Below are positions 35,366 through 44,660 of a DNA stretch of 64,000 nt, one piece after another (within the stretch, counting starts at the first letter, position 1; every line of letters starts with the position of its first letter). The stretch is taken from sequence record MZ443769.1; one strand, written 5' to 3'. A program made the translations under genes and the position numbers. The notes under the pieces are model-generated. The model was given only the letters and a program-made list of their open reading frames with translations, was not told the DNA's origin and ran no database searches.

Positions 35366-35765
35366 AGAGAAGTTGGAGCACTGGAGTGGACCGCCATTAG
35401 GCACTAAGCCACGTAAGGACCACAAAGTGGTAACGATTGGTAATCGTCGGACGTACCATGCACCACCGACGCCTGTACCTCCAATCAACCATATACGTCC
35501 GACGCCTGCACCCGCTGCCTCTGCACCTGTAAGCAACGATGCGCTGCTTGTCGCGTTGATCATGCAAGACTCTATTGCGCAGGAGCAATCACGGTCACAT
35601 CACGCAGATAGTGTAGACTCAACACGGATAAATAGCTGTGTGCAAGAGCATACACCGACGTATCATTCACCTGCATACAACACGCCAAGTCATACACCTT
35701 CTGGTAGTGACTCGTATGATAGCAGTAGCAGTTCAGACGGTGGCGGTGGCGGTTCTTGCGATTAA
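35316..35765 (+). CDS. hypothetical protein with Ser/Gly-rich tail
   Basis: AAGGAG RBS; ends DSSSSSDGGGGGSCD. Confidence 0.7.
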   Translation: MFSKLLAMFRSKKKPSEEKLEHWSGPPLGTKPRKDHKVVTIGNRRTYHAPPTPVPPINHIRPTPAPAASAPVSNDALLVALIMQDSIAQEQSRSHHADSVDSTRINSCVQEHTPTYHSPAYNTPSHTPSGSDSYDSSSSSDGGGGGSCD

Positions 35766-35785
35766 TCTTTTGATAAGAGGCACGT

Positions 35786-36070
35786 ATGTTTAAACGATTC
35801 TTAAACTGGATTGGCTTGATGCTGATCTCGAAAAGCAATAAGAGTAAACTCCGTCAACACGAAATGATGCTGCGTTCGTGCACCGATGTTTATGATTGGT
35901 GTGGTGCTGATTTCCCACAAGCCGCAGAAGCTGTTGAATACGTGCGCACTTCTGCTTTAGGCTATGAAGGCCGCTTGAACTACAACAACCGCGTAATGTC
36001 TCCGCGTGAATGTCATGTAGGCATCAGTGACTGGCGTGAAGCGATGCGTCGTAAGTATCTAAGGAAATAA
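35786..36070 (+). CDS. hypothetical protein
   Basis: GAGG RBS. Confidence 0.65.
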   Translation: MFKRFLNWIGLMLISKSNKSKLRQHEMMLRSCTDVYDWCGADFPQAAEAVEYVRTSALGYEGRLNYNNRVMSPRECHVGISDWREAMRRKYLRK

Positions 36071-36071
36071 A

Positions 36072-36182
36072 ATGCGCGAGCTTGACCGCGAGAAGTTGCG
36101 TGAGTTCCGTGAAGAACTCGATCAAGACTGCGACGATACAGAAGAAGAGGACTTCGACTTCACTGACTACGGCGCAGAGTAA
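36072..36182 (+). CDS. 36-aa acidic peptide
   Basis: AAGGA RBS; MRELDREKLREFREELDQDCDDTEEEDFDFTDYGAE. Confidence 0.55.
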   Translation: MRELDREKLREFREELDQDCDDTEEEDFDFTDYGAE

Positions 36183-36206
36183 GTACCAACCTATACCGAG
36201 AATAAT

Positions 36207-36731
36207 ATGGAAAAGAATACTGATAGAAAAGTTGTTGTGCTTGATGCGTGTCAGTTTCAGCGTCTGATGCGTCTTGCACAGATTGGTGCGAGTGAGTGTG
36301 GTGAACTGGACGCAGCATCTGCTATCATGCGCCATGCGATTAAGTTCAATCCTGAGCTTGCGCGTGACCGTAAACAAGAACTCCGTGAACGTGCTGATGA
36401 CTTAGCATGGGATAAGCGCCAGCTAAGACGTTTGCGCCGTATGATGACTAACAAAACAGTTATGTCTTATACTAACGTTAACGGTGCGACCGCAGTCAGT
36501 AAGAAGCCTCGTACTTACTATCATCTTGATCATCCGAGCAGCACAGCAGTTCCTGTGTATCTTACAGGCATCTTTGATATTAAGCGGCTTCAAGTTAAGT
36601 TCGACTTCTCTGAACCTGATACTGATGCGCGTGACCTTGATTACCGCCGAGTCTCTCATATCAAGAACATCATGGAGACTCGTGAAGAGATTCCGGCCTC
36701 GTTCGAGATCATCGAGGGCAGGACTGAATGA
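36207..36731 (+). CDS. hypothetical protein
   Basis: Operon ORF. Confidence 0.65.
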   Translation: MEKNTDRKVVVLDACQFQRLMRLAQIGASECGELDAASAIMRHAIKFNPELARDRKQELRERADDLAWDKRQLRRLRRMMTNKTVMSYTNVNGATAVSKKPRTYYHLDHPSSTAVPVYLTGIFDIKRLQVKFDFSEPDTDARDLDYRRVSHIKNIMETREEIPASFEIIEGRTE

Positions 36732-37129
36732 AAGCATTGTCGATACGCCAGCCATGGGCTTGGTTGATCACACACGGTCACAAGAAGATTGAGAACCGTA
36801 CGTGGGATACTAAGAAGCGTGGACGGTTCTTGATCCATGCGAGCAGCAAGCGACCCTCAGCTGACGATATGCGTGTTGCCAAAGAGATCTGCGATAAGCT
36901 CAACATCTGTCTGCCGCAAGCGATGGACTTTTCACTCGGTTGCATCGTAGGTTACGCAACTCTTACAGGCACAGTGACTGAATCGTCAGATCCATTCTTC
37001 TTCGGACCTGTTGGTCATACTTTGCAAGACTGCAACATAGTCGAGCCTGTTCGTTTCAAGGGTGCATTGAGTTTCTTCTCAACACCATTCACTATTCATA
37101 AAGGCGAGTTAGTTAAGGAAATCAAATGA
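36728..37129 (+). CDS. ASCH domain protein
   Basis: MKALSIRQPWAWLI..GHKKIENRTW..RG..LIHAS. Confidence 0.88.
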   Translation: MKALSIRQPWAWLITHGHKKIENRTWDTKKRGRFLIHASSKRPSADDMRVAKEICDKLNICLPQAMDFSLGCIVGYATLTGTVTESSDPFFFGPVGHTLQDCNIVEPVRFKGALSFFSTPFTIHKGELVKEIK

Positions 37130-37761
37130 TCACAGAACATGAGCAACACGCAGCGCAACAAGTATTGAACGTCCTCGAAACAATGCGCACTATGTCGAAA
37201 GAGCGTGGCTTTGAAGTGAGTGAAGACCAGAAGAGTATTATGCGTATTCAGTACAGCGGCTTCACAGGCCGTCAGGACTATGAGCACTACGCTCTAGCTA
37301 AGATGGGTCTTATTTCCGCTGTAACAGGCACACCAATGTCAGTTGATTTTGACAAGCGTCACGGTGTCTTGCAGCCCAAGGTAGACGTTGATAACTTGGA
37401 GACTATCGCTAACATCTTCCGCAAACTGAATAAAGGTCTGAGCACGTTTGTATCTGAACAAGATCTTCTGGGACCTTCTCACGTTGTATGGCGTATGCCG
37501 CCTACTCCTGGTATTAACGCCACTGAATCAGAGCGTAGCGCTCATGCTGTTCTTGAGAACATCTACGAGTCAGGTGCTTTCCGTAATCGTACCTTTAACA
37601 GAGATGCCTTCATCTACCTGTATCTAACTGATCGCTTTACTTACGTTGTAAACACAGATGCAGACGGTTCACATGAACGCCATGTCGATGTGCCTGAAGA
37701 ACTTCTTCCACAGTTCAGTCAAAGTGTTTTGCGTATCGTAGAGCTTGTAGCTGCCGGATAA
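37126..37761 (+). CDS. hypothetical protein
   Basis: AAGGA RBS. Confidence 0.7.
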   Translation: MITEHEQHAAQQVLNVLETMRTMSKERGFEVSEDQKSIMRIQYSGFTGRQDYEHYALAKMGLISAVTGTPMSVDFDKRHGVLQPKVDVDNLETIANIFRKLNKGLSTFVSEQDLLGPSHVVWRMPPTPGINATESERSAHAVLENIYESGAFRNRTFNRDAFIYLYLTDRFTYVVNTDADGSHERHVDVPEELLPQFSQSVLRIVELVAAG

Positions 37762-37767
37762 AAATAG

Positions 37768-37791
37768 TGGGTGGCTTCGGCTGCCCATTTT
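37768..37791 (+). terminator. intrinsic terminator, GGGTGGC/GCTGCCC family
   Basis: TGGGTGGC-TTCG-GCTGCCCA-TTTT. Confidence 0.8.
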
Positions 37792-37806
37792 GCATTTGGA
37801 GGACGT

Positions 37807-38217
37807 ATGTTACCTTTTGGGCCTAGAACGACTGTCGTCAACATGAGGAACGGCAACAAGAATTTTGATGTGCGGATTGACAGGCAAAGCGAATGGGGTA
37901 ACAAATATCACATGCGTCGAGACACACTTGAAGAACGCAACCGAGTGTGTGATGAACACGCAACAAGTCTTTGGCTCAAGATCTACAGCGGCGATATAAC
38001 CCTCAGCCAACTTGATGCACTGTACGGTAAACGTTTAGGCTGTTGGTGCTTCCCGAAACGTTGTCACGGTAACGACATTGTAGAGGCTGTAGAGTGGGCA
38101 CACGCAACACTCTGTAAATGGGAGCGTATAAAGCGTACATACAGGAAGAGACGAAATGCAGCAGCAAAAGCAAAAAGCAAAAACTCTGATCACAAGAAGA
38201 AAGTTTCTCGGAAGTAG
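37807..38217 (+). CDS. DUF4326 family protein
   Basis: VVN..DVRIDRQSEWGNKY..LYGKRLGCWCFPKRCHG. Confidence 0.8.
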   Translation: MLPFGPRTTVVNMRNGNKNFDVRIDRQSEWGNKYHMRRDTLEERNRVCDEHATSLWLKIYSGDITLSQLDALYGKRLGCWCFPKRCHGNDIVEAVEWAHATLCKWERIKRTYRKRRNAAAKAKSKNSDHKKKVSRK

Positions 38218-38722
38218 TCCTTCAATGAAGGCTATTAGCTGGGAAGTATTCCTCAGCAATTTTAGTGGTAGTGCGTTCGGACAGTTTCGTCTAGCGTGGG
38301 GAGCCTCTTGTGTGACGATTCACACGCTTGACCAAAGCTCTCGCGCTAAGTCCGACACAGAGTACCTTGAGAAGCTCGACAAAGTTGTTGAGGCCCTCAA
38401 GAAGTTCTCTGATATACTTGGCAAGAAGGGCGTCCAGGCTGCTTATCGTGATTGGCTTAATCCGCTAGACACCTCTGCGACTGGCAGCATTGCATATCAT
38501 TACGATGTGGACAGTGCAGAAACAATGGTGTATTTCGAACTGGCCTCGTGTGACGATAAGATACGAATCTATCCACACCACTTCCCTCGACCTCAATTAA
38601 AGAACATGCAAAAGTGCATGGATAGCATAAGGGTCGAAATAGCCAATCACAGGCTCACTTTCACTCGTTTGATGCAGCAGATAGAATCTGTAAATATAGA
38701 GCAAGAGAAAGCTTGTTCTTAA
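38156..38722 (+). CDS. hypothetical protein
   Basis: Operon ORF; true start may be downstream. Confidence 0.55.
   Translation: MQQQKQKAKTLITRRKFLGSSPSMKAISWEVFLSNFSGSAFGQFRLAWGASCVTIHTLDQSSRAKSDTEYLEKLDKVVEALKKFSDILGKKGVQAAYRDWLNPLDTSATGSIAYHYDVDSAETMVYFELASCDDKIRIYPHHFPRPQLKNMQKCMDSIRVEIANHRLTFTRLMQQIESVNIEQEKACS
38687..38696 (+). promoter_or_regulatory. motif I putative promoter
   Basis: TCTGTAAATA 51 nt before ATG 38738. Confidence 0.55.
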
Positions 38723-38737
38723 ATTGAGGTATATTCT

Positions 38738-38968
38738 ATGGACCACAAAGATTTCGTAATTGCGGTATTTGTGTGTTGTGGACTGATTGCAGCAGTAGCC
38801 GTTAATGTGTTTGCAGTTCGGTCTGAGCGCAAAGCAAGAGCGAGTTATTGGGCTACGCCTACAATCGCTGTTGTGCAACGTCGCTACCGCATTGCACGTC
38901 GTGTATCACTCGCAACAATCGCGCTGGCTATTGTGATTATGGCTTTCGCATTCGGAGCACACGCATGA
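38738..38968 (+). CDS. small two-TM protein
   Basis: GAGG RBS; two hydrophobic segments. Confidence 0.65.
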   Translation: MDHKDFVIAVFVCCGLIAAVAVNVFAVRSERKARASYWATPTIAVVQRRYRIARRVSLATIALAIVIMAFAFGAHA

Positions 38969-39084
38969 ACAACAATGATGAATCGCCGTGGTCTGCATTT
39001 GTCATGGGACTTTTACTCGGACTGTTCTTAGGTCTGTCTGTTGCAGCGTTCGCAGTTAAATATGGAGTGTTCATAAAACTATGA
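38965..39084 (+). CDS. small single-TM protein
   Basis: GGAG RBS, ATGA overlaps; MNNNDESPWSAFVMGLLLGLFLGLSVAAF. Confidence 0.55.
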   Translation: MNNNDESPWSAFVMGLLLGLFLGLSVAAFAVKYGVFIKL

Positions 39085-39593
39085 GCTACACAATGATTGT
39101 TCAGCACAATATAAAGCTGAAAGCAGACACGCCTAAGATCGTGTTGCAGCGTCTGCGTGAATGGCACAACTGCCCGTGGGCGCATGATCAGCTTGAGCGA
39201 GCCTACAGCATTGATGTGTATCGTGCTCTTGGAGCAGGCTGCGGCGGTCAGTATGGTAACTTGAAAGCTGAAAGCGTATTCAACACAGGCAGCGGTGTTG
39301 TGTCTCACGTCCGCACTACTGCGTTGTTCAGCCGAGGCCGAAAGGGTGCTGATGCCCTGCTTCCGTTCTTCGAGTGTCTGGCTGAATATGTACAGAACAC
39401 GGATGAAGTGATTGCTGTCATTCGCGGCGAAGACATGCTGTACGATCAGAACGAAGGCATGACCAACATGTTTGAAGAAGTGCCGAAGCGTTACGGCTAC
39501 TATGAAGTGCGTATCGTTTATGGCCATGCGAAGATCGAATACGTGGTCAACGACATTTATGAAGTCCTACCGTGGGTGACTTATGCTTATTAA
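39081..39593 (+). CDS. hypothetical protein
   Basis: ATGA overlap. Confidence 0.65.
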   Translation: MSYTMIVQHNIKLKADTPKIVLQRLREWHNCPWAHDQLERAYSIDVYRALGAGCGGQYGNLKAESVFNTGSGVVSHVRTTALFSRGRKGADALLPFFECLAEYVQNTDEVIAVIRGEDMLYDQNEGMTNMFEEVPKRYGYYEVRIVYGHAKIEYVVNDIYEVLPWVTYAY

Positions 39594-40263
39594 TGTTGCT
39601 AAATTTGTGGCGACCACTGCACACGCTGGTCAGACACGCAAGTTCTCTGGTCTGCCATATATCACTCACCCGGCAGGTGTTGTTGCTTTCCTCGAAAAGT
39701 TTAATGTAGGTGAAAACATTCTGGCTGCTGCTTGGTGCCACGATGTGATTGAAGATACGTCGATCACCTACGAATCACTTGAGCTTGTTATTGGCACTCA
39801 AGTGACAGATATCGTTCAGGAACTCACGAACTACAAATTCCCTGAAGGTACGTCGCGTGTTACTGAGTACTGGGCAAACGTGATGCGCCTTGTACAGTCC
39901 AGTCACCAAGCACAGACAGGCAAGTGTGGTGATGTGTACGATAACTGCAAAGACGTGTACGCGCAAGACCCTGTGTACGGTGCACGTTTCATCGCAGAGA
40001 AATTCTTCCTCGTGCGTTTGCTTTATCTCGCTCAAGGCGATGTGCGCCAAGCGGTGCTCGATCTTCTTGCGGATGTGTATCGCTCGATGACGGCTGAACA
40101 CCGTCAGTTCTGTCTGGCTTATATCGGATATCTCAACGAAGACGTACCTGCCAGCTATCTCGATTTATATCGTGCTGCTAAAATCGCTGCCGGTTCAGGT
40201 ACATCACGGTTCGTTGGTGCAGAGGATTTCTTCCATGGAACTACCGCAATTCAAAACTCGTGA
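39583..40263 (+). CDS. HD-domain (p)ppGpp-hydrolase-like protein (SpoT-HD/Mesh1 type)
   Basis: TAHAGQTRKFSGLPYITHP, AAAWCHDVIEDT, IVQELT, KCGDVYDN. Confidence 0.85.
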   Translation: MLINVAKFVATTAHAGQTRKFSGLPYITHPAGVVAFLEKFNVGENILAAAWCHDVIEDTSITYESLELVIGTQVTDIVQELTNYKFPEGTSRVTEYWANVMRLVQSSHQAQTGKCGDVYDNCKDVYAQDPVYGARFIAEKFFLVRLLYLAQGDVRQAVLDLLADVYRSMTAEHRQFCLAYIGYLNEDVPASYLDLYRAAKIAAGSGTSRFVGAEDFFHGTTAIQNS

Positions 40264-40585
40264 TGTGCGTGTGTCCGATATCACAATCGTAAGTGATACA
40301 GCAAAGGCTTCTGTCATAGTGACTGAGACGCGCTACTGGGGATTATCCACTAAGCGTCTTGTTGTTGCTTGCTCTTGCGCTAACATCAAACGCAAGAAGG
40401 TCTGCTGGCTGTCTGAGCACAATATCTTCATTGACGAAGAGTCCGATGTCCATCAGGCTCTCACCAACACGTTAAAGGATATGCGTCGTATGTCCTTTGT
40501 TGTCTTCAACCAACTGCTTGCATATCGTTTGCAGATTCATATTAGGAAACATCATGGCCGCAATACAACTCCTGTTCTATCCTGA
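40235..40585 (+). CDS. hypothetical protein
   Basis: GAGGA RBS before ATG 40235. Confidence 0.55.
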   Translation: MELPQFKTRDVRVSDITIVSDTAKASVIVTETRYWGLSTKRLVVACSCANIKRKKVCWLSEHNIFIDEESDVHQALTNTLKDMRRMSFVVFNQLLAYRLQIHIRKHHGRNTTPVLS

Positions 40586-40940
40586 TGTGAAGGATGAAAA
40601 GCTGTTTGTTGAACAACGTTTCGGTAGAAGCATTCTGTTCATGCACGGCATCAGTCCAATGTCTGTGTATCGCGCTGACTCACGCCCTCTCGAATTTCGT
40701 CTGTATCAGGTCAATGACAGCAAGACCTATACGATGGATAAGGGCCCTCGCAATAAAGATATTGAACAGTTGCTTAATCTGAAACTCGTTAAGCAATGGA
40801 CATTAGTCCGTCGTAACAACCGTATCTTTTATGTCGGCGAATGCTCGGAAGCAATCATCGCTGATACAATTCCATTAGGCACACAAGTAGAAGGTGAACA
40901 AGATGCTCGGAGATGTTTTAAGTCAACCAATCCCCTTTGA
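40554..40940 (+). CDS. hypothetical protein
   Basis: AGGA RBS before ATG 40554. Confidence 0.6.
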   Translation: MAAIQLLFYPDVKDEKLFVEQRFGRSILFMHGISPMSVYRADSRPLEFRLYQVNDSKTYTMDKGPRNKDIEQLLNLKLVKQWTLVRRNNRIFYVGECSEAIIADTIPLGTQVEGEQDARRCFKSTNPL

Positions 40941-41523
40941 GCTGCAGGATATCGAGTTGTACTGGAAAGGTCGTACATACATCGAAGCTGCTCACATGGC
41001 GCACTTAGCTGACGAAGACCCGTTTAAGAATACCATCTCCTATGAGTATCTTGCACCGTTCCTCGAACAGGCTGCTGTTAAGATCCAGCTCGAACGTTCG
41101 ACTGTGGAAGAAGGTTCATCAACACTTCCTGCTGCAAAGTTTGATGACGATAACGAACTTGAACCTCGCTTCGTTGTTATGCTGGCGTTGTTGATCGACT
41201 CTGAAAAGCCTGTCGAAGGTAAAGCAGTCCAAGCGTTAGCTCGCCTGTCGAAAGCGGAGAAAGATAAGAAGATCATTATCGTTCTTGGTGGAGTTAAAAC
41301 ACAGCTTGGTCGTGCGTTGCTTGAAGAGATGCAGCAAGATCGCTTAATTGTATCTGATACGCATCTGTTCTCTGAATTCGAAAACGTTCCGCGTGGTGTT
41401 AGACAGAAGCCTGAGTATAACCTGTCCGTGCGTGATCAACATCAAGCGCGAGCGAAAGCAAACAGGAACCAAATACAGAAGGCCCGTATACCGCGCACTA
41501 ACTTCAAAGGCAGAGGTCGCTAA
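40894..41523 (+). CDS. hypothetical protein with basic C-tail
   Basis: Operon ORF ending RIPRTNFKGRGR. Confidence 0.65.
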   Translation: MNKMLGDVLSQPIPFELQDIELYWKGRTYIEAAHMAHLADEDPFKNTISYEYLAPFLEQAAVKIQLERSTVEEGSSTLPAAKFDDDNELEPRFVVMLALLIDSEKPVEGKAVQALARLSKAEKDKKIIIVLGGVKTQLGRALLEEMQQDRLIVSDTHLFSEFENVPRGVRQKPEYNLSVRDQHQARAKANRNQIQKARIPRTNFKGRGR

Positions 41524-41864
41524 TGCGCACTGAAATGTATGCGGTTGAGTACGTGAACAATGTGCCTACTCGCGTCCACGTATTCCTGCCAGAGAAAGAC
41601 CCACAACAATCAGACTATCGTGCGCTCGTTAGTATGGGTGCTTTCGATAAGCGTATGTGTCAGATTTGCGGTAAAAACCTCATGGCACGGCGCTTCTGGC
41701 TCAAGCGTAAGCATGAGTGGGATCAGCTGGTGGATAGTGATAAACGCATGATGCGCTTACGCCACTCTCCTATCTACGTCAACCTTCCTAAGCGGATGCA
41801 CGATGACCTGTGGTCTTTCTATCGCGCAGTCGGCTGGGATTACAAGAGCAAGCGATTCATTTGA
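41523..41864 (+). CDS. hypothetical protein (CQIC motif)
   Basis: TAATG coupling. Confidence 0.65.
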   Translation: MRTEMYAVEYVNNVPTRVHVFLPEKDPQQSDYRALVSMGAFDKRMCQICGKNLMARRFWLKRKHEWDQLVDSDKRMMRLRHSPIYVNLPKRMHDDLWSFYRAVGWDYKSKRFI

Positions 41865-41957
41865 CAACTAAACCATCTCTGCCTCTTTCCGCTATCTGTC
41901 TGCAAGAGGTATCAGAGCGTAGCCGCGTATATCTGGAGACGCTGAATAGCAATAATC

Positions 41958-42350
41958 TTGAAGGGCAATGTATCAGTCACGTTGTCGATGCAGCCCTCGT
42001 ACGAGGTCATTATGCAGCACAACCTGTTGCTTCCGCAGTGGAAAACAGAAGTCTTGTCGCTGATAGTTGAAGACGGTAGAGCGGTCGGTGTAGTGCGTTC
42101 TTCGCTTGTCCGTAAGTCTAAGACGATTATGACTTGGACTAAATCGTATCTGTGTATGGATATAACTCGTCGTGAGTTCTTTTGGTCTGACGTTACGAAC
42201 CTGAAAGACTTGCGTCAATCAAACAACGCAGCCAAAGCATTAAGTAAAAGACTGCGTACCGAATTAGCCTATTTAATTGCAGAAGGTAAACTTGATGGTT
42301 CAGTCATTAGATCACTTGAGCATCGGAAGCCCGTTACCGAACAGCTCTGA
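41958..42350 (+). CDS. hypothetical protein
   Basis: Longest + ORF in the gap; start uncertain. Confidence 0.45.
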   Translation: MKGNVSVTLSMQPSYEVIMQHNLLLPQWKTEVLSLIVEDGRAVGVVRSSLVRKSKTIMTWTKSYLCMDITRREFFWSDVTNLKDLRQSNNAAKALSKRLRTELAYLIAEGKLDGSVIRSLEHRKPVTEQL

Positions 42351-43023
42351 CTTAATCGCACAGCAGATGATTAACGGTCAGATTGAAGTAATGAACAACC
42401 TGTGGTCGTTGCACAACTACAGTTCAGTAGTGTTGCGCAGTACGCCGGAGTTGGGTAAAGAGCTTCTTAATGGTAGCTGGACGTTTACTCCACCCTACGT
42501 TGAAAAGCAAAAGCATCCTCTGTCTTACGTGCTTGGTCATATGCAGAGTATTCCGGGTCGTGGCTATAACGATCTGATGAACGACCTGTGCTCTAAGGCA
42601 GAGCAGGAATTTTACTACGGACCTCTTCGTGCGCTTCGTCGATTCATTCTCAACGAAAACAAACCCAATGATCGTGAGCAATTAAAGTTGCCTGATTTCT
42701 GGTACGTTAATCTCGATAAGACGGATGCTCGCAACGTTATCGGTGTTGTTAATCAGTATTGCACAGGTATGCCTTGTATCGCAAAAGACTGCTCAAGTGC
42801 ATTGTATCTGTATCTCGCTGATTGCGCAGACACCAGTCTGGACGTAGTTGAAGAATCTCATATCTTAGTGTCCTCGAAAGGCAGCACGAAAGTCCTGTAC
42901 GGACATGCACCAGATGTGGGTTACGTTGATATGACCTCAATCTTCAACTTCCTGTGTTCTCCGTTTGAGCACGGTCTGAAACAAGACATTTTGCAGCAAT
43001 ATCGTAAAGCAGTAAATCTGTAA
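42277..43023 (+). CDS. hypothetical protein
   Basis: Long ORF; start uncertain. Confidence 0.6.
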   Translation: MQKVNLMVQSLDHLSIGSPLPNSSDLIAQQMINGQIEVMNNLWSLHNYSSVVLRSTPELGKELLNGSWTFTPPYVEKQKHPLSYVLGHMQSIPGRGYNDLMNDLCSKAEQEFYYGPLRALRRFILNENKPNDREQLKLPDFWYVNLDKTDARNVIGVVNQYCTGMPCIAKDCSSALYLYLADCADTSLDVVEESHILVSSKGSTKVLYGHAPDVGYVDMTSIFNFLCSPFEHGLKQDILQQYRKAVNL

Positions 43024-43026
43024 ATA
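43017..43026 (+). promoter_or_regulatory. motif I putative promoter
   Basis: TCTGTAAATA at a gene end before an AT-rich spacer. Confidence 0.55.
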
Positions 43027-43083
43027 CTAGTTGCTGATTTGAAATATACACATAACTTTTAACTGAATGGAAAGGTATTATCT

Positions 43084-43779
43084 ATGTCAAAGAAATTGGT
43101 AAGTGGTTCTGATGCGAAAGTGACTCGCGGCGGTGCTTCTGCTCCACGCACTTTGTCCTCTGTTGCGCAAGACCCTGTTGCAGGCAAAGCGTTGCAGGCG
43201 AGCGCTGTTATCGGTTCTCAAACCCTGGCCGGACGTCTGACTGAACGTGTTTACGATCTGACTAATTCCACGTCTCGTCTGGAAAGCGTGTTGATGACAC
43301 TGGGCGTTCTCGAATCTGTTCCTACCGCAGGCACAGACGATAAAGCAGTACACCCACACAATAACGTGCTGGCGATTCTGAACGAAAACCTGGGCGATTC
43401 GCTGCGTTATCTTGATCGCGTAACCTTCAAAGCTGTCTATGGTAATGCTGATGCCATGGACGATGAAGTAGATGAAGACGGCGACACCAAGAAAGTTGCG
43501 CAGGAAGAGCCTGTGATTGCGTCCACAGCTTTCGGTCGTGAAGTGCATCGCAGCGCCCGCACAAATCTGGGCTACCTTGAAATTTACGTTGAACGTGTGT
43601 ACCGCGTACGTTCATCTCTGCTGGGTGATTCATCAGGCTCACTCGCCAACGATCGTGTGGAAGATAGCGGCGTTGCGCAGTGTATTGAATCTGTGCTCAC
43701 TCGTCTGTCAAACGCACAGAGTGTTATCGAAACTCTGATCGATGAACTGAACTACAACCTGCTGGGTGGTGTGCAATAA
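43084..43779 (+). CDS. hypothetical helical protein
   Basis: TCTGTAAATA upstream, AAAGG RBS. Confidence 0.75.
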   Translation: MSKKLVSGSDAKVTRGGASAPRTLSSVAQDPVAGKALQASAVIGSQTLAGRLTERVYDLTNSTSRLESVLMTLGVLESVPTAGTDDKAVHPHNNVLAILNENLGDSLRYLDRVTFKAVYGNADAMDDEVDEDGDTKKVAQEEPVIASTAFGREVHRSARTNLGYLEIYVERVYRVRSSLLGDSSGSLANDRVEDSGVAQCIESVLTRLSNAQSVIETLIDELNYNLLGGVQ

Positions 43780-44600
43780 TGTCTGACGCAATCAAACAAG
43801 ATGACAAAGGTCATTACCGCATAGTGCGTGGTGCTGGTGGTCGCTTCGAACGTCAGTATCTTCCACAGTCTGAAATCGGTCCGACTGGCCCAGTCGGCGG
43901 CATCGGTGATATTGGCTCTGCCGACGAAGTCCCGATCCACGATCATCAGTTCATCATCCCTGCTATTCAGGAAGATGAAATTCGTTTCAATCTGCCTGCC
44001 GGTAAACGTCTGGTCGAAGAGAACGTCCGCCTGATCAATGAGATTCAGCGTCTGTCTACCAACCTGTACAACTTCGGCCAGATCAACGAAAACAATTTTG
44101 CCGAACTGCGCGACAGCATCGAAACCGCATACACAGGTGACGATGAAGATATCGACGAAGTTGTTGATACTGCATCCTACATTAGCGTGTTGTCTTCACG
44201 TCTCTCCCGCGCATATCGTACAGCACGTTCGGACAGCCCTCGTTATGTAATGGCGACGCATTCCTCGCACACGTTCTACGCTCTGCAATACCTGCTCGGT
44301 ATGGTTTATCCTGACTCTGCTGGTGTTGAGCGTTCTTCTGGTGCTGTTGGCCGTATCAACGTATCACCTGAGCCTCGTGAAGTGTTGTCTGATCTTATCT
44401 ACACGTACAACACCATGCAGGAAACGCTGGGTAGCCTGGGCATGGATTTAGTCGGCGTAGTACCGGAAGAAGTTGGTGCTAACATGACTATTCCTGATCA
44501 GTTCTCACTGATTGAAATGGTTAACGGTGCAATCGACCTGACCAACTATCTGGTTGAACGTCTGGATAGCGTGAACAATCTACTCGAACAGCACATCTAA
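43779..44600 (+). CDS. hypothetical helical protein
   Basis: TAATG coupling. Confidence 0.75.
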   Translation: MSDAIKQDDKGHYRIVRGAGGRFERQYLPQSEIGPTGPVGGIGDIGSADEVPIHDHQFIIPAIQEDEIRFNLPAGKRLVEENVRLINEIQRLSTNLYNFGQINENNFAELRDSIETAYTGDDEDIDEVVDTASYISVLSSRLSRAYRTARSDSPRYVMATHSSHTFYALQYLLGMVYPDSAGVERSSGAVGRINVSPEPREVLSDLIYTYNTMQETLGSLGMDLVGVVPEEVGANMTIPDQFSLIEMVNGAIDLTNYLVERLDSVNNLLEQHI

Positions 44601-44617
44601 AAATCTGTACAAGATCG

Positions 44618-44660
44618 AAAAAGGGCGACTCTCTTGATTGAGGGCCGCCCTTTTTATTTG
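44618..44660. terminator. bidirectional terminator where the + and - gene blocks converge
   Basis: AAAAGGGCGACTCTC...GAGGGCCGCCCTTTTT with A/T tracts on both sides. Confidence 0.8.

Noticed and set aside
35700-35760. GGTGGCGGTGGCGG run as a regulatory or G4 element
   Set aside because: Explained by a poly-Gly codon run in a common low-complexity protein tail.
67-44250. Numerous antisense and nested ORFs from the six-frame track (e.g. 16137..16820-, 19433..20179-, 38937..39527-)
   Set aside because: They are shadows of well-supported + strand genes, with no RBS or recognisable motifs.
43084-44600. Two adjacent helical ORFs as a paralog pair or defined system
   Set aside because: Resemblance is limited to heptad-like composition; no motif I can support.
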